Assembly (NCBI GenBank): GCA_965277285.1 | Contig: OZ255721.1 | Span: 2,656,001-2,720,000, forward strand | DNA length: 64,000 nt | Source: Abditibacteriaceae bacterium | GTDB taxonomy: Bacteria > Armatimonadota > Abditibacteriia > Abditibacteriales > Abditibacteriaceae | Direction: 5' to 3' | Shown: positions 29,865 to 40,589 of the stretch, piece after piece | Layout: each line of letters starts with the position of its first letter | Numbering within the stretch: position 1 is the first letter of the stretch | Notes under the pieces: generated by a model | Told to the model about the DNA's origin: nothing | Databases searched by the model: none | Seen by the model: only the letters and a program-made list of their open reading frames with translations | Made by a program: the position numbers and the translations under genes

Positions 29865-30228
29865 CGCTGTAAGTCGTAGAAATCTGTTGTCATCGATTGA
29901 ATTTCGCTCAAATTGTATGAACATTTCTTGCCACTTTGTTTTGGTTGATAGCTTGAGCCTTGGTTTGGGTTGTCGAATGTGTCTGTGCGATTGTCGGTGG
30001 CCGGCGTTGTGGCGAATGAAGGCATAAGTTTTCTTTCCTTCGATTTTCTTTTCCCACGCGCCGGCGCATTTCTAATTTGTGTCCGGCGCGTTTTCGTGCC
30101 GAAGCCAGAGAACAGTTGGAAAACGATGCAGATGCAACTTGCGATAAAAGTGCATCGTCTGCAGGAAGTCAGAAGAATCGAGTACTCGAAAGCTGTTGAG
30201 TGCAGTTTTCGTGGGACGAAAAAGCATT

Positions 30229-31698
30229 ATGGACGCTAACAAATATCAACGTCGATCGCCCAATATTTTGTGGATTTGCACCGATCAGCAGCGCTTTGAT
30301 ACGCTGGGCTGCTATGGAAATCCGTGGGTGAGGACGCCGAACCTGGATCGTCTGGCGCAGAGCGGGACGTTGTTTGAGAACGCGTTTTGCCAGAACCCGC
30401 TTTGCACGCCGTCGCGCGCCAGTTTCCTGACGGGTCGTTATCCGCGCACGACGCGCGCTCGCCAGAACGGGCAGTGCATTCCATCCGAAGAAATTCTCGT
30501 TCCCAAACTGCTGTCGCACGCCGGTTACACCTGCGGATTGGCCGGAAAACTTCATCTTTCGGTTTGCGCGCCGCACATCATTCAGGACACCGAGCAGCGC
30601 ATCGACGATGGCTACAAAGTCTTTCACTGGTCGCATCATCCCGATGGTCACTGGCCGACGGCGGCGTATAATTTGTGGCTGGATGAACAGGGCCTGGAAT
30701 ATAGCCGCACGGCGGTTACGGAATCGCCTTACGTTCAGAACAGCGTGCCCGAAAAACATCATCAGACGACATGGTGCGCCGAGAAAGCGATTGATTTCAT
30801 CGAAGAATATGGGCAGCGCGACGAACCGTGGCTGTTTTCGATGAACATCTTCGATCCACATCATCCGTTCGACCCGCCCGCCGAGTATTTGCAGCCTTAT
30901 CTGGACAAATTGGACGAAATTCCTTTGCCCAATTACGTCGAAGGCGAACTGGACGAAAAGCCGGTTTTTCAGCAGATCGACCATAGCGGCGCTTATGGCG
31001 GACAGCGCGGTTTGTATCCGTATGACCAGATGCAGGAGCGCGATCACAAAACGATCCGCGCCGCATATTGGGCGATGGTCGATTTGATCGACGCGCAAGT
31101 CGGTCGAGTACTCGATGCGCTGGAGAAAACCGGTCAGCGCGAAAACACGATTGTGATTTTCATGAGCGATCACGGCGAAATGCTGGGCGATCACGGCATT
31201 TACCTGAAAGGCCCGTTCTTTTACGAACCGGCGGTGAAAGTTCCGCTGATTGTTTCGTGGCCGGGCGTGGTGCAGGAAAATCTGCGCAGCAAAGCCTTGG
31301 TCGAATTGGTCGATTTGGCGCCGACGTTGTTGAATGCGGTCGGTCTTCCGGCTCGTTTGGGAATGCAAGGCCGTTCTCTGTGGCCGCTTTTGACGGGACA
31401 AATTGACGCGCACACGCATCGCGCCGACGTTTATTGCGAGCATTACGGTACGACGCACCATCGCCCCGACCAGGAAAGCGCTTACGCGACGATGTTGCGC
31501 ACGGAAGATTTCAAGTTGGTGACGGTTCATGGCCACGCCAACGGCGAATTGTACGACTTGAAGAACGATCCGCAGGAAACGCATAATTTGTGGCTGAGTG
31601 CCGAACACCAGTTTGAGAAACTGAGCTTGATGCAGCGCTTGTGCGACCGCATGGCGTGGACAGCCGACCCGCTGCCGCCGCGCAAAGGCCCGTATTAA
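30229..31698 (+). CDS. Cys-type sulfatase
   Basis: PNILWICTDQ, CTPSRASFLTG, GKLH, SDHG, ELYDL..DP.E..N. Confidence 0.93.
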   Translation: MDANKYQRRSPNILWICTDQQRFDTLGCYGNPWVRTPNLDRLAQSGTLFENAFCQNPLCTPSRASFLTGRYPRTTRARQNGQCIPSEEILVPKLLSHAGYTCGLAGKLHLSVCAPHIIQDTEQRIDDGYKVFHWSHHPDGHWPTAAYNLWLDEQGLEYSRTAVTESPYVQNSVPEKHHQTTWCAEKAIDFIEEYGQRDEPWLFSMNIFDPHHPFDPPAEYLQPYLDKLDEIPLPNYVEGELDEKPVFQQIDHSGAYGGQRGLYPYDQMQERDHKTIRAAYWAMVDLIDAQVGRVLDALEKTGQRENTIVIFMSDHGEMLGDHGIYLKGPFFYEPAVKVPLIVSWPGVVQENLRSKALVELVDLAPTLLNAVGLPARLGMQGRSLWPLLTGQIDAHTHRADVYCEHYGTTHHRPDQESAYATMLRTEDFKLVTVHGHANGELYDLKNDPQETHNLWLSAEHQFEKLSLMQRLCDRMAWTADPLPPRKGPY

Positions 31699-31863
31699 AT
31701 TGAATTCACCGCGAAGGACGCAAAGAGCGCGAAGAGGAAAGAAGAGGAAAGAAGAGTTTAGAAGTATGTACGGGCTTGGCGCGCTAAGCCCGTACAACTC
31801 ATCCCTCGCCCGTTTCTTTTCATCTCTTCGCATCCTTCGCGGTGAAAACTTCTGGAAAAACAA

Positions 31864-32694
31864 ATGAGTCATCTTCCCAATTTTATTATCCTGGGCGCCG
31901 CCAAAGCTGGAACGACGGCGCTTTATCATTATTTGCGACAGCATCCGCAGATTTATATGACGCCGCTCAAGGAAACCAATTTCTTCGCCTTGAAAGATCG
32001 ACAACTCAATTTTTGTGGGCCGGGCGATAATGATTATGTCAACCAAATGTCGATCACCGATTGGGATTGTTACAAAGCGCAATTTGACGGCGTGCGTGAC
32101 GAAATCGCCATTGGCGAAGCTTCGCCGCTTTATCTTTATGAAGCGTGTGCCGCGCCGCGCATCAAAGAATATGTGCCGGACGCGAAGCTGTTGATTTTCT
32201 TGCGTAACCCAATTGATCGCGCGTATTCGGCGTTTGTGCATCTGGTGCGCGACGGACGTGAAACCACGCGCGACTTCGGCGAAGCTCTCGCGTTGGAAGA
32301 CGAGCGCATCGCTCTTGGCTGGGAGCACATCTGGCATTACAAGCACATGGGTTTGTATTACGATCAGGTCAAACGCTATTTCGACTTGTTCGGGCGCGAA
32401 AACGTGCGCGTCGACCTTTACTATGATTTCAAAACGCGCCCTGTGGAATTGATGCAGGAGATTTTCGGTTTTCTTGGCGTGGATGAGACTTTTGCGCCTG
32501 ATATTTCGCAGCGCTACAACGAAGCGAGCGTGCCACACGAACAACGTCCGCCGCTAACGCTGGAAGTGCGCCATCAACTGCTCGATTATTTCCGCGAAGA
32601 TTCGCTCAAAGTGCAGGATTTAATCGGACGCGATTTGTCGCGCTGGCTGGGCATAGCGACGCCGGATTTAAATTTGAAAGCTGTCTCAGCGTAA
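31864..32694 (+). CDS. sulfotransferase
   Basis: PNFIILGAAKAGTT, KETNFF, GEASP.Y, LRNPIDRAYS. Confidence 0.9.
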   Translation: MSHLPNFIILGAAKAGTTALYHYLRQHPQIYMTPLKETNFFALKDRQLNFCGPGDNDYVNQMSITDWDCYKAQFDGVRDEIAIGEASPLYLYEACAAPRIKEYVPDAKLLIFLRNPIDRAYSAFVHLVRDGRETTRDFGEALALEDERIALGWEHIWHYKHMGLYYDQVKRYFDLFGRENVRVDLYYDFKTRPVELMQEIFGFLGVDETFAPDISQRYNEASVPHEQRPPLTLEVRHQLLDYFREDSLKVQDLIGRDLSRWLGIATPDLNLKAVSA

Positions 32695-32735
32695 CCCGTG
32701 CAGCGTGATTTGCGCCTTAATCGAGTACTCGAAAG

Positions 32736-33785
32736 ATGGAGATTTCGCCTAAAAAATCGCCGTGTTGTGTTCCGTCCTCAGGCGCCTCTTCGGTGGCCGT
32801 TCATCTTGAACAGCCTCATCTTGAACAGCCTCATCTTGAACAACCTCATCTTGAACAACCGCGCGCTATTGATTCAAATGATTCAAATTTTGTCGATCCA
32901 ACTTCGCGTGCCACTTTGGGTTCGACTTCGGGCATGAAACTGTTGAACGGCGGCGAGTTTTTGATGGGTACGACACCAGAATACGCTTGGCCGGGCGATG
33001 GAGAAACGCCGGTTCGTCGCGTCGTTTTGCGACCGTTTTACCTTGATATTTGCGCTGTCACCAATCGTCAGTTTGCGCAGTTCTTCGAGGCGACAAACTA
33101 CATCACTGAAGCGGAAAAGTTCGGCTGGTCGTATGTTTTTCATAAAGACGTTGCGCCAACCAAAGCGCGTCAGTTGGCCAAAGGCACGGCGGGAACGCTC
33201 GATTGGTGGTTGGCCATTGAAGGCGCGCACTGGCGCAAACCCGAAGGTTCCGGCTCGGACGTTCGCAAAAGACAAGATCATCCCGTCGTTCATGTTTCGT
33301 GGAACGATGCTGTCGCATACGCGAATTGGGCGGGCAAACGTCTGCCGACCGAAGCCGAATGGGAATATGCGGCGCGCGGCGGTTTGGAGCAAAAACTATA
33401 TCCGTGGGGCGACGAACTAATGGTGAACGGCAAACACCTGTGCAATATCTGGCAGGGGAAATTCCCTAATTTCAACGCCGCCGCTGATGGTTTCAAGGGA
33501 ACCGCGCCCGCGAAAAGCTTTGCGCCCAATGGTTTTGGCTTGTATCAAATGAGCGGCAACGTTTGGGAATGGACAAGCGATTGGTTCACGGCTTCGCACT
33601 CCAAAGATGAACCGATTACAGATCCAATGGGCGCGCCAAATGGCGAAAATAAAGTTATGAAAGGCGGCTCTTACCTTTGTCACGCGTCTTACTGCAATCG
33701 CTATCGCGTGGCGGCGCGTTCATCCAATACGCCCGAAAGCTCTTCGTGTCATTGTGGGTTTCGCTGCGCGCGTGATGTGGAATAG
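32736..33785 (+). CDS. formylglycine-generating enzyme (SUMF1/FGE)
   Basis: HPVVHVSWNDA, RLPTEAEWEYAARGG, GNVWEW, GGSYLCHASYCNRYR. Confidence 0.93.
   Translation: MEISPKKSPCCVPSSGASSVAVHLEQPHLEQPHLEQPHLEQPRAIDSNDSNFVDPTSRATLGSTSGMKLLNGGEFLMGTTPEYAWPGDGETPVRRVVLRPFYLDICAVTNRQFAQFFEATNYITEAEKFGWSYVFHKDVAPTKARQLAKGTAGTLDWWLAIEGAHWRKPEGSGSDVRKRQDHPVVHVSWNDAVAYANWAGKRLPTEAEWEYAARGGLEQKLYPWGDELMVNGKHLCNIWQGKFPNFNAAADGFKGTAPAKSFAPNGFGLYQMSGNVWEWTSDWFTASHSKDEPITDPMGAPNGENKVMKGGSYLCHASYCNRYRVAARSSNTPESSSCHCGFRCARDVE
32801..32860 (+). repeat. 15-bp tandem repeat x4 (HLEQP)
   Basis: TCATCTTGAACARCC x4. Confidence 0.9.
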
Positions 33786-33936
33786 AAAGTCAATATCGAG
33801 TACTCGAAAGCGCCGCTTCAACGTTGAAGCGGCGCTTTTCTTGGTAAAAAGTACGATTGTAGGAGAGGAATTTCCGCGCTCGAATCGCCTGAACTGACGG
33901 TAAGACGGACGGGAAAACCCGCCCCTACGATTGCAC

Positions 33937-34407
33937 TTAAATGTGGCAACTGGCCTGGCCGCGTTTTTCCAGATATTGCTGATGATAATCTTCGGCGAAC
34001 CAGAAGTGCGTGGCGGGAACGATCTCGGTCGCAACCGGACGGCGCAACTTGCCGCTGTCTTCCAGCTTCTGCTTGCTCGCTTGCGCAGCGATTTTTTGCG
34101 CCTCATCGTGCGTGAAAATCGCGGAACGATATTGCGTGCCGATGTCCCAGCCTTGACGATTGACTTGCGTCGAATCGTGCGATTCCCAGAAGACTTGCAG
34201 CAAATCGTCGTAAGACACTTGTGAGGGATCGAATTCGACTTGCACCGCTTCGGCGTGGTGCGTGCGGCCTGTGCAAACCTGCTCGTAGGTCGGATTTTCT
34301 AAATTGCCGCCGATGTAACCGACAGCGGTTGAAAGAACGCCCGGCGTATTGCGAAAAGCGGCTTCAACGCCCCAGAAACATCCGGCGGCAAACGTAGCTT
34401 TTTCCAT
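33937..34407 (-). CDS. msrA: peptide-methionine (S)-S-oxide reductase
   Basis: [23 protein letters not shown]. Confidence 0.96.
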   Translation of the reverse strand: MEKATFAAGCFWGVEAAFRNTPGVLSTAVGYIGGNLENPTYEQVCTGRTHHAEAVQVEFDPSQVSYDDLLQVFWESHDSTQVNRQGWDIGTQYRSAIFTHDEAQKIAAQASKQKLEDSGKLRRPVATEIVPATHFWFAEDYHQQYLEKRGQASCHI

Positions 34408-34491
34408 GATAAAAACTCCTTTGTTGTTCAACGATTAAACACATTTGCGCGCCAGAAAGTTCCGCTAACGTTGGCGAATCGAGTACTCGAT

Positions 34492-35535
34492 TTACGCTTG
34501 CAGCGACTTCATATCAATCACGAAACGGTAGCGCACATCGCCTTTAATTGTGCGTTCGTAGGCTTCGGCCAGGTTTTGTATTGGAATGATTTCGATGTCC
34601 GATGTGATGTCATTCGCGGCGCAATAATCGAGCATTTCCTGTGTTTCTTGGATGCCGCCGATGCCCGAACCGGCGAAGGTGCGGTTGCCGACGATCAGCG
34701 AAAACGCGTGAACGTCGAGCGGTTTTTCGGGCGCGCCGACCAAAACCAAAGCGCCGTTACGCTTCAATAAACCCAGATATTGATTGAGGTCGTGTTCTGC
34801 GGAAACCGCGTCCAGAATAAAGTCGAAGCCATTCGCCAGCGACGACAAATCGGCGTCGCGCGTAACCACGAAATGATGCGCGCCCAGGCGTTTGGCGTCC
34901 TCTTCTTTGGAAGGCGAAGTCGAAAAAACCGTCACTTCGGCGCCCATCGAGACCGCGAGTTTGACCGCCATGTGACCCAGACCGCCCAAGCCGACGACGC
35001 CAACTTTGTCACCTTTTTTCACGTTGAAACGGCGCAGCGGCGAGTAAGTCGTGATGCCCGCGCACAACAGCGGCGCGACATTGGCCAGCGGCAAATTGGC
35101 GGGGACTTTCAAGGTGTAGCTTTCATCGACTACGATGCGCGACGAGTAACCGCCATGCGTCGGCTGGCCTGCGAAATCGCGGCTATTATAGGTTTGCACG
35201 CACTGGCGCTCGCAGAATTGTTCCTGATCGTCGCGGCAGGCGGAGCATTCGCGGCATGAATCGACAAAGCAGCCGACACCGGCCAGATCGCCGACTTTGA
35301 ACTTGGAAACAGCCGAACCGATTTGAGCGACGTGACCGACAATTTCGTGACCGGGAACCATCGGATAAATCGAGTTGCCCCATTCGTTGCGCGCCTGATG
35401 AATATCGCTGTGACAAACGCCGCAATAATCAATTTCGATGAGAACATCGTGTTCGCCCAAATCGCGGCGCTCGAAATGGAAAGGTTGGAAAGCGGCAACG
35501 GCGGATTCTACAGCGTAACTTTGTGTTGAAAACAT
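34492..35535 (-). CDS. Zn-dependent NAD(P) alcohol dehydrogenase (YahK/CAD-like)
   Basis: CGVCHSD, PGHEIVG, APLLCAGITTYSPL, GLGGLG. Confidence 0.93.
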   Translation of the reverse strand: MFSTQSYAVESAVAAFQPFHFERRDLGEHDVLIEIDYCGVCHSDIHQARNEWGNSIYPMVPGHEIVGHVAQIGSAVSKFKVGDLAGVGCFVDSCRECSACRDDQEQFCERQCVQTYNSRDFAGQPTHGGYSSRIVVDESYTLKVPANLPLANVAPLLCAGITTYSPLRRFNVKKGDKVGVVGLGGLGHMAVKLAVSMGAEVTVFSTSPSKEEDAKRLGAHHFVVTRDADLSSLANGFDFILDAVSAEHDLNQYLGLLKRNGALVLVGAPEKPLDVHAFSLIVGNRTFAGSGIGGIQETQEMLDYCAANDITSDIEIIPIQNLAEAYERTIKGDVRYRFVIDMKSLQA

Positions 35536-35691
35536 ATTTTTCTCCCGAAAATAAATGGCTTACTGAACATCGAGTACTCGAACTGAATCAACCGCCAAGA
35601 CACCAAGAACGCCAAGAACACAGAAGCGGCCTTAATAAATTGCGATTTCTCTTGAAGCCTCTTGGCGTTCTTGGTGTCTTGGCGGTTCAAC

Positions 35692-36198
35692 TCAATACTT
35701 CCAATCGTGGTCTTGCGCGTACACCAAAATGCTGAGAAGAGATTCCGGCGTTGGCATAGCACGCGGCGTCGAAGACAACCAGAAACCGCCGATGCGTCCA
35801 TCCGAGTTGATCAGGTAAACGCCGGGCGCGATGTAGTTTTTGTAATCGTCGCGCTTCATATCGTTGTGATTGGGGCCGTAAACGCCAAAAATTTCGCCGA
35901 CTTTGCCGTCATCGTCCACCAAAATCGGGATGCGCATGCGAAACTCTTCGGCAAATTTTGCGTGTTCGTTTCTGCCGCCGTTCACGATGAAAGCCAGTTC
36001 GCAGTTCATCTTTTTGAACAAGTGCGCGAACGAATTGAAATTGGCGAACTCGCCGCGCGTCGTCGGGCAATATTCGCCGCGCGCCAGGTACAAAACTACC
36101 ATTTTGCCCAGATGATCGCTCAGTTTCCATGGCTGGCCCAGGCAATCGGTCAGTTCGACTTCGGGCGCGAGATCGTTGAGTTGAAACGGAAATGACAT
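35692..36198 (-). CDS. AhpC/TSA-like redoxin
   Basis: AP..EL.D..G....LSD..GK.VVLY, YCPTT. Confidence 0.75.
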   Translation of the reverse strand: MSFPFQLNDLAPEVELTDCLGQPWKLSDHLGKMVVLYLARGEYCPTTRGEFANFNSFAHLFKKMNCELAFIVNGGRNEHAKFAEEFRMRIPILVDDDGKVGEIFGVYGPNHNDMKRDDYKNYIAPGVYLINSDGRIGGFWLSSTPRAMPTPESLLSILVYAQDHDWKY

Positions 36199-36352
36199 TG
36201 AGGAAATCTCCAGCGGAAGGTATCAGCGCACACAAGACCTTTCGTGAACAACGGCGTTCCTCATGGATGCGTCAGCTTAAAGCGTCGGCTTAGATGCGTC
36301 GGCTTCGCTATAATGAAAAGTCCTTTTACAAACGCCATTCTGGAAAAACCTT

Positions 36353-37459
36353 ATGTTAGAAGACGCCAAACACACACTCGAGACACTGCGCCAAAACTTG
36401 TCCGGCAAAGCGAAATCGCTCGACATCGAAACGCGCCGCGAAACCTTGCTGCAGTTGGAAGAAGAATCGAACGCGCCCGATTTGTGGAACGATCCGACAA
36501 CCGCGCAAGTTTTGATGCAGAAATTGTCCGCCGCGCGCGAACTTGTCGCGCCATTTAATCTGCTGGAAAAGCGCACCACAGAACTGGCCGAACTGATCGA
36601 AATGGCGCAAATCGAGAACGATGCCGATTTAGCAACCGAAATCGAGCGCGACTTGAAAGAAGTCGAAATCGAGTACTCGAAACTCGAAACCGCGACGCTT
36701 TTTGGCGGCGAATACGACGGCAACAACGCGATTTTTTCGATCAACGCCGGAGCTGGCGGAACTGAAGCGCAAGATTGGACGCAGATGCTGGTGCGCGCCT
36801 ACATTCGCTGGGCGCAGCGCCATAAATTCGATGTCGAAGTGCTCGAAGAATCGGCGGGCGAAGAAGCCGGCATCAAGGGTTTTTCGATGATCGTCAAAGG
36901 CACCAACGCTTACGGACATCTCAAAAGCGAAGCCGGAACGCATCGTCTGGTGCGTATTTCGCCGTTCAATTCGGCGGGCAAGCGCATGACGAGTTTTTCC
37001 GGCGTCGATGTCGTCCCGGAAATCGTGGAAACGCAGGAAGTCGAAATCAATCCGAAAGATTTGCGCATCGATACGTTTTTGTCGGGCGGCGCGGGCGGCC
37101 AGAACGTGCAGAAAAACGAAACCGCGATTCGCATCACGCACATTCCCAGCGGCATCGTCACGCAATGCCAGAACGAACGATCTCAATTGCAAAACCGCGA
37201 AGTGGCGATGCGCGTTCTGCGCTCGAAATTGTTTGAAATCGAGTGGCGCAAGCGTCAGGAAGAGTTGGACAGATTGCGCGGCGTGAAAAGCAAAAACGAG
37301 TGGGGCGGCCAGATTCGCAACTACGTTTTTCAGCCGTATCAAATGGTGAAAGATTTGAGGACGAGTTACGAAACCGGCAACATCGACGAAGTAATGGACG
37401 GCGACTTCGACGGCTTTATCTTCGCTTATCTGGAATGGAACGCGAGCCAGCACAATTAA
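36353..37459 (+). CDS. prfB: peptide chain release factor 2 (no frameshift)
   Basis: GAGGTEAQDW, SPF, GGQ, QNERSQ, IRNYVFQPY. Confidence 0.97.
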   Translation: MLEDAKHTLETLRQNLSGKAKSLDIETRRETLLQLEEESNAPDLWNDPTTAQVLMQKLSAARELVAPFNLLEKRTTELAELIEMAQIENDADLATEIERDLKEVEIEYSKLETATLFGGEYDGNNAIFSINAGAGGTEAQDWTQMLVRAYIRWAQRHKFDVEVLEESAGEEAGIKGFSMIVKGTNAYGHLKSEAGTHRLVRISPFNSAGKRMTSFSGVDVVPEIVETQEVEINPKDLRIDTFLSGGAGGQNVQKNETAIRITHIPSGIVTQCQNERSQLQNREVAMRVLRSKLFEIEWRKRQEELDRLRGVKSKNEWGGQIRNYVFQPYQMVKDLRTSYETGNIDEVMDGDFDGFIFAYLEWNASQHN

Positions 37460-37476
37460 AGCTTTCGAGTACTCGA

Positions 37477-38289
37477 ATGAACGAATTCCAACGCGAAGAG
37501 TTGTTGATTTTAACGAAAACATATCCCGAGCCAAGCGCAAAGTATCGTGAGACGACTTGCGTCGCGGCTTTGACGCGAACGGGAAGCATGAAGCGTATTT
37601 TTCCGGTTCGCTTTCGCTATTTTAGCGGCGAACAACAGTTCAAGAAATGGGAATGGATCAGTGTCAGTGTCGGAAAGCCGAATAAAGATAAACGTCCCGA
37701 AAGTTTCAAGATTGACTTCGATTCAAAGATCGAACGTTTGGACGAAAAGATCGATACAAAGGATGGTTGGACGCGACGAACTCCATGGCTCGAGCCGCAT
37801 TTCGTCGAAGATTTTGCAACACTTGAAAAACGTCGCCAAACATCAGGCGAAACATTGGGAATCATTCGCCCTCATCGAGTACTCGATTTGGAAATTACAT
37901 CGGTGAAAGAAACCGAATGGACGGAAAAAGAGAAGGCGGAATTGCAGAAAGAAGGTTTGTTCGATACCGACGAATACGAACGACCTTTGCTAAGAAAACT
38001 GCCCTATCGTTTTCATTATTGCTACGAATGCGCGACGCCGCAGGGCGTTCAAACGTTGCGCCACATGGTTTCCGATTGGGAAGTTGGCGCGCTGTTCTGG
38101 AACTGCGTGCGCAGCCACGGTGATAAATGGGAAACGCCATTTCGACAAAAAATCGCGGACGAACTGCCGTCGCGCGACTTGATGTTTTTGATGGGAACTG
38201 TCCACAGATTTCCCGACCAATGGCTGATTGTCGGTTTGTTTTATCCGCCTAAACCAAAACCGAAGTCGGAACAACTGATGCTGCTGTGA
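37477..38289 (+). CDS. conserved hypothetical protein
   Basis: KTYPEPSAKYRETTCVA...FKKWEWI...DWEVGAL; convergent with DUF488 gene. Confidence 0.75.
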   Translation: MNEFQREELLILTKTYPEPSAKYRETTCVAALTRTGSMKRIFPVRFRYFSGEQQFKKWEWISVSVGKPNKDKRPESFKIDFDSKIERLDEKIDTKDGWTRRTPWLEPHFVEDFATLEKRRQTSGETLGIIRPHRVLDLEITSVKETEWTEKEKAELQKEGLFDTDEYERPLLRKLPYRFHYCYECATPQGVQTLRHMVSDWEVGALFWNCVRSHGDKWETPFRQKIADELPSRDLMFLMGTVHRFPDQWLIVGLFYPPKPKPKSEQLMLL

Positions 38290-38710
38290 GATGTACAACT
38301 TCGAGAGCGTTATCAAATTCGCGCAAGCGTTTTGTGATCAACGAACGGTGACAGAATAAAGCGTTTGCTTCAAAACACATCAAACAAAACACTTTGTTGT
38401 CTTGCAAAAGCGAATGAAGAATTTCGTCCTGGGTTTGGATGTACTTTGAAAAATCGCGCGTGTAGCGAGACCAATCGTTATCCAACTTATATTGGTCTCG
38501 AACCAAGCGAGGACAACCTAAATTGACAAGATGCCGATACTCGATTTCTTCGGACTCAATTCGAGATGAAAGCCGTAATTTCGAGAAACCCGCTTTACGA
38601 CTCAAGGGGGTTTGTCGCACATCCACCAAACATTCGATGCCGTTAACGCGCAAAATATCAACAAAAGTGTTGATTGAAAGGCCTTCGTAGCCCAAAGTGA
38701 AAATTGACAT
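38249..38710 (-). CDS. DUF488 family protein
   Basis: IFTLGYEG, LVDVRQTPLSRK.GFSK, LMCFE....CHR. Confidence 0.85.
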   Translation of the reverse strand: MSIFTLGYEGLSINTFVDILRVNGIECLVDVRQTPLSRKAGFSKLRLSSRIESEEIEYRHLVNLGCPRLVRDQYKLDNDWSRYTRDFSKYIQTQDEILHSLLQDNKVFCLMCFEANALFCHRSLITKRLREFDNALEVVHLTAASVVPTSVLV

Positions 38711-38843
38711 CGCTCGCAGTATAACCAACGTTGTGGATTGAAAGGTTCGAGTACTCGATAGAACGCCGCATCTGTGCGTTTTCTTACTTTTACGTATCGA
38801 AAAAAGACGAGTTTTGTGCCGTCGCAAATGTTAAGATTGCGTT

Positions 38844-39521
38844 ATGCCTTCTGAAATTTCGACTCTAAAAACGTGGGTCAGCGCCAATCGCTTGCTCATC
38901 CTGACGTTGTTTTTCGCCATTTTGCTGCCGCTGATTGTCTTCGGCAAAATCGCCAATGAAATCGTTGAACATGAAGCCTTGAGTTTCGATCATCCGATTC
39001 AGATGTGGGCGCATTCTTTTGCCACGCCGCAACTCGATCAATGGATGCTGGGGCTTTCAATGTTCGGCAGCCCGCCGCTGATGTTCTTCTTCTGCGCGCT
39101 GATTTGTATCGCCTTGTGGCGCAATCGTCGTCACGGCGACGCGTTGTTTTTCATCGTTTCAACGGTGGGCGCCGGTTTGTTGAACCAAGCTGGAAAGTTC
39201 GCGTTTGGACGCCCGCGCCCCGAATTGTGGATCGTCATCGACCCGCGCAGCGATGCCAGTTTTCCGTCCGGCCACGCGATGGGAACGATGGCGCTTTATA
39301 CCGCGATTGTGATTTTGCTGTGGCCGACCAAATTGCGCGTTCCCTGGCTCATCGGCGGCGGCTTGCTGGTCTTTTTGATCGGTTTGTCGCGCGTTTATCT
39401 GAGCATGCATTATCCCAGCGACGTGTTGTGCGGCTGGCTGGCTTCGCTGGCGTGGGTCGTCGGATTGAATCTCATTCGCCGCGCGCGCCATCCCGTCGTG
39501 CAACAATCCACAAAACTGTAA
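38844..39521 (+). CDS. PAP2 family phosphatase
   Basis: K...GRPRP, SFPSGH, SRVYL.MHYPSDV. Confidence 0.92.
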   Translation: MPSEISTLKTWVSANRLLILTLFFAILLPLIVFGKIANEIVEHEALSFDHPIQMWAHSFATPQLDQWMLGLSMFGSPPLMFFFCALICIALWRNRRHGDALFFIVSTVGAGLLNQAGKFAFGRPRPELWIVIDPRSDASFPSGHAMGTMALYTAIVILLWPTKLRVPWLIGGGLLVFLIGLSRVYLSMHYPSDVLCGWLASLAWVVGLNLIRRARHPVVQQSTKL

Positions 39522-39632
39522 TCGAGTAATCGATTGGCTGGAATCGGTGTAAAAACGCGCGGTTTTGCTGTTAAACTGCGGCTTCGTTGCTGGAAAAGTG
39601 TTGCCAATTTTCTGTTGCAAAGGACGATTACG

Positions 39633-40565
39633 ATGGCGATTTCCGAACATATCCAAGAATACGCTGGCAAGCCCGTCGGAGATTGGGAAGCGGAAGGCTT
39701 CGATGCCAAAAACACCTTGCCGCGTCTTGCGCTATCTTACGAAGATTATGAAAGCAAGCAAACGTGGGTCGAAGTTTTCAAGAAGTTTTTAGATCATCCT
39801 GACGCAGCTGAGATGACGGGCCTGGTAGTGGGCGTGTGGGATTACGAATCGAGCAACGATCTCATCGCGCCCGTGATTGCCGCGATTGCCGAAGCCAAAG
39901 ACAAACTGCCGCATTTGACGGCGCTTTTTTTGGGCGACATCACTTACGAAGAATCGGAAATTTCGTGGATCAATCAAAGCGACATCTCGCCCTTACTGGA
40001 AGCCTATCCGCAACTCGAGCATTTCACGGTGCGCAGCGGTGAAGGCTTGAAACTTCATCCTTTGCGACACGATCATTTGAAAAGTTTCACGGTTCAAAGC
40101 GGTGGTCTGGACGCCGAAGTGGTGCGCGCCGTGTGCCGTTGCGAGTTTCCCGCGCTGGAACATCTGGAATTGTGGTTGGGCACCGATGATTACGGCGGAA
40201 CCGTCAGTGTGGCCGATTTGCAGCCGATTTTGTCCAGCGCAGCGTTTCCGCATTTGCGTTATTTAGGCTTGCGCGACAGCGACATTGTCGATGAAGTGGC
40301 GCAGGCTGTCGCCAATGCGCCGATCTTGCAAAAGATTCGCGTCCTCGATTTGTCGTTGGGAACGCTCACCGATATTGGAGGGCAAGCGTTGCTTGATGCT
40401 ACGCCAGTGAAACACTTGGAAAAGTTAGACATTCATCACCACTTTTGCACGCCAGCATTGATTGAGCAATTGAAGCAGTTGCCGCTGGAAGTGGACGCTT
40501 CAGACGCGCAAACCGCCGAAGAAGACGATGACGCAACGTATCGTTTTGTGGCGCACGGCGAGTAA
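39633..40565 (+). CDS. STM4015-like leucine-rich repeat protein
   Basis: ALFLGDI..EESEISWI, LEHLELWLG, LDLSLGTLTD. Confidence 0.85.
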   Translation: MAISEHIQEYAGKPVGDWEAEGFDAKNTLPRLALSYEDYESKQTWVEVFKKFLDHPDAAEMTGLVVGVWDYESSNDLIAPVIAAIAEAKDKLPHLTALFLGDITYEESEISWINQSDISPLLEAYPQLEHFTVRSGEGLKLHPLRHDHLKSFTVQSGGLDAEVVRAVCRCEFPALEHLELWLGTDDYGGTVSVADLQPILSSAAFPHLRYLGLRDSDIVDEVAQAVANAPILQKIRVLDLSLGTLTDIGGQALLDATPVKHLEKLDIHHHFCTPALIEQLKQLPLEVDASDAQTAEEDDDATYRFVAHGE

Positions 40566-40589
40566 CAACGAGTACTCGATAAGAGCTTT

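Noticed and set aside
30169..32544. 791-aa minus-strand ORF and other long antisense ORFs (e.g. 28637-29704, 55332-56258)
   Set aside because: Shadow frames of well-supported genes, with no recognisable motifs
36353..36430. prfB programmed +1 frameshift
   Set aside because: ORF is continuous (TCG CTC GAC); no CTT-TGA site
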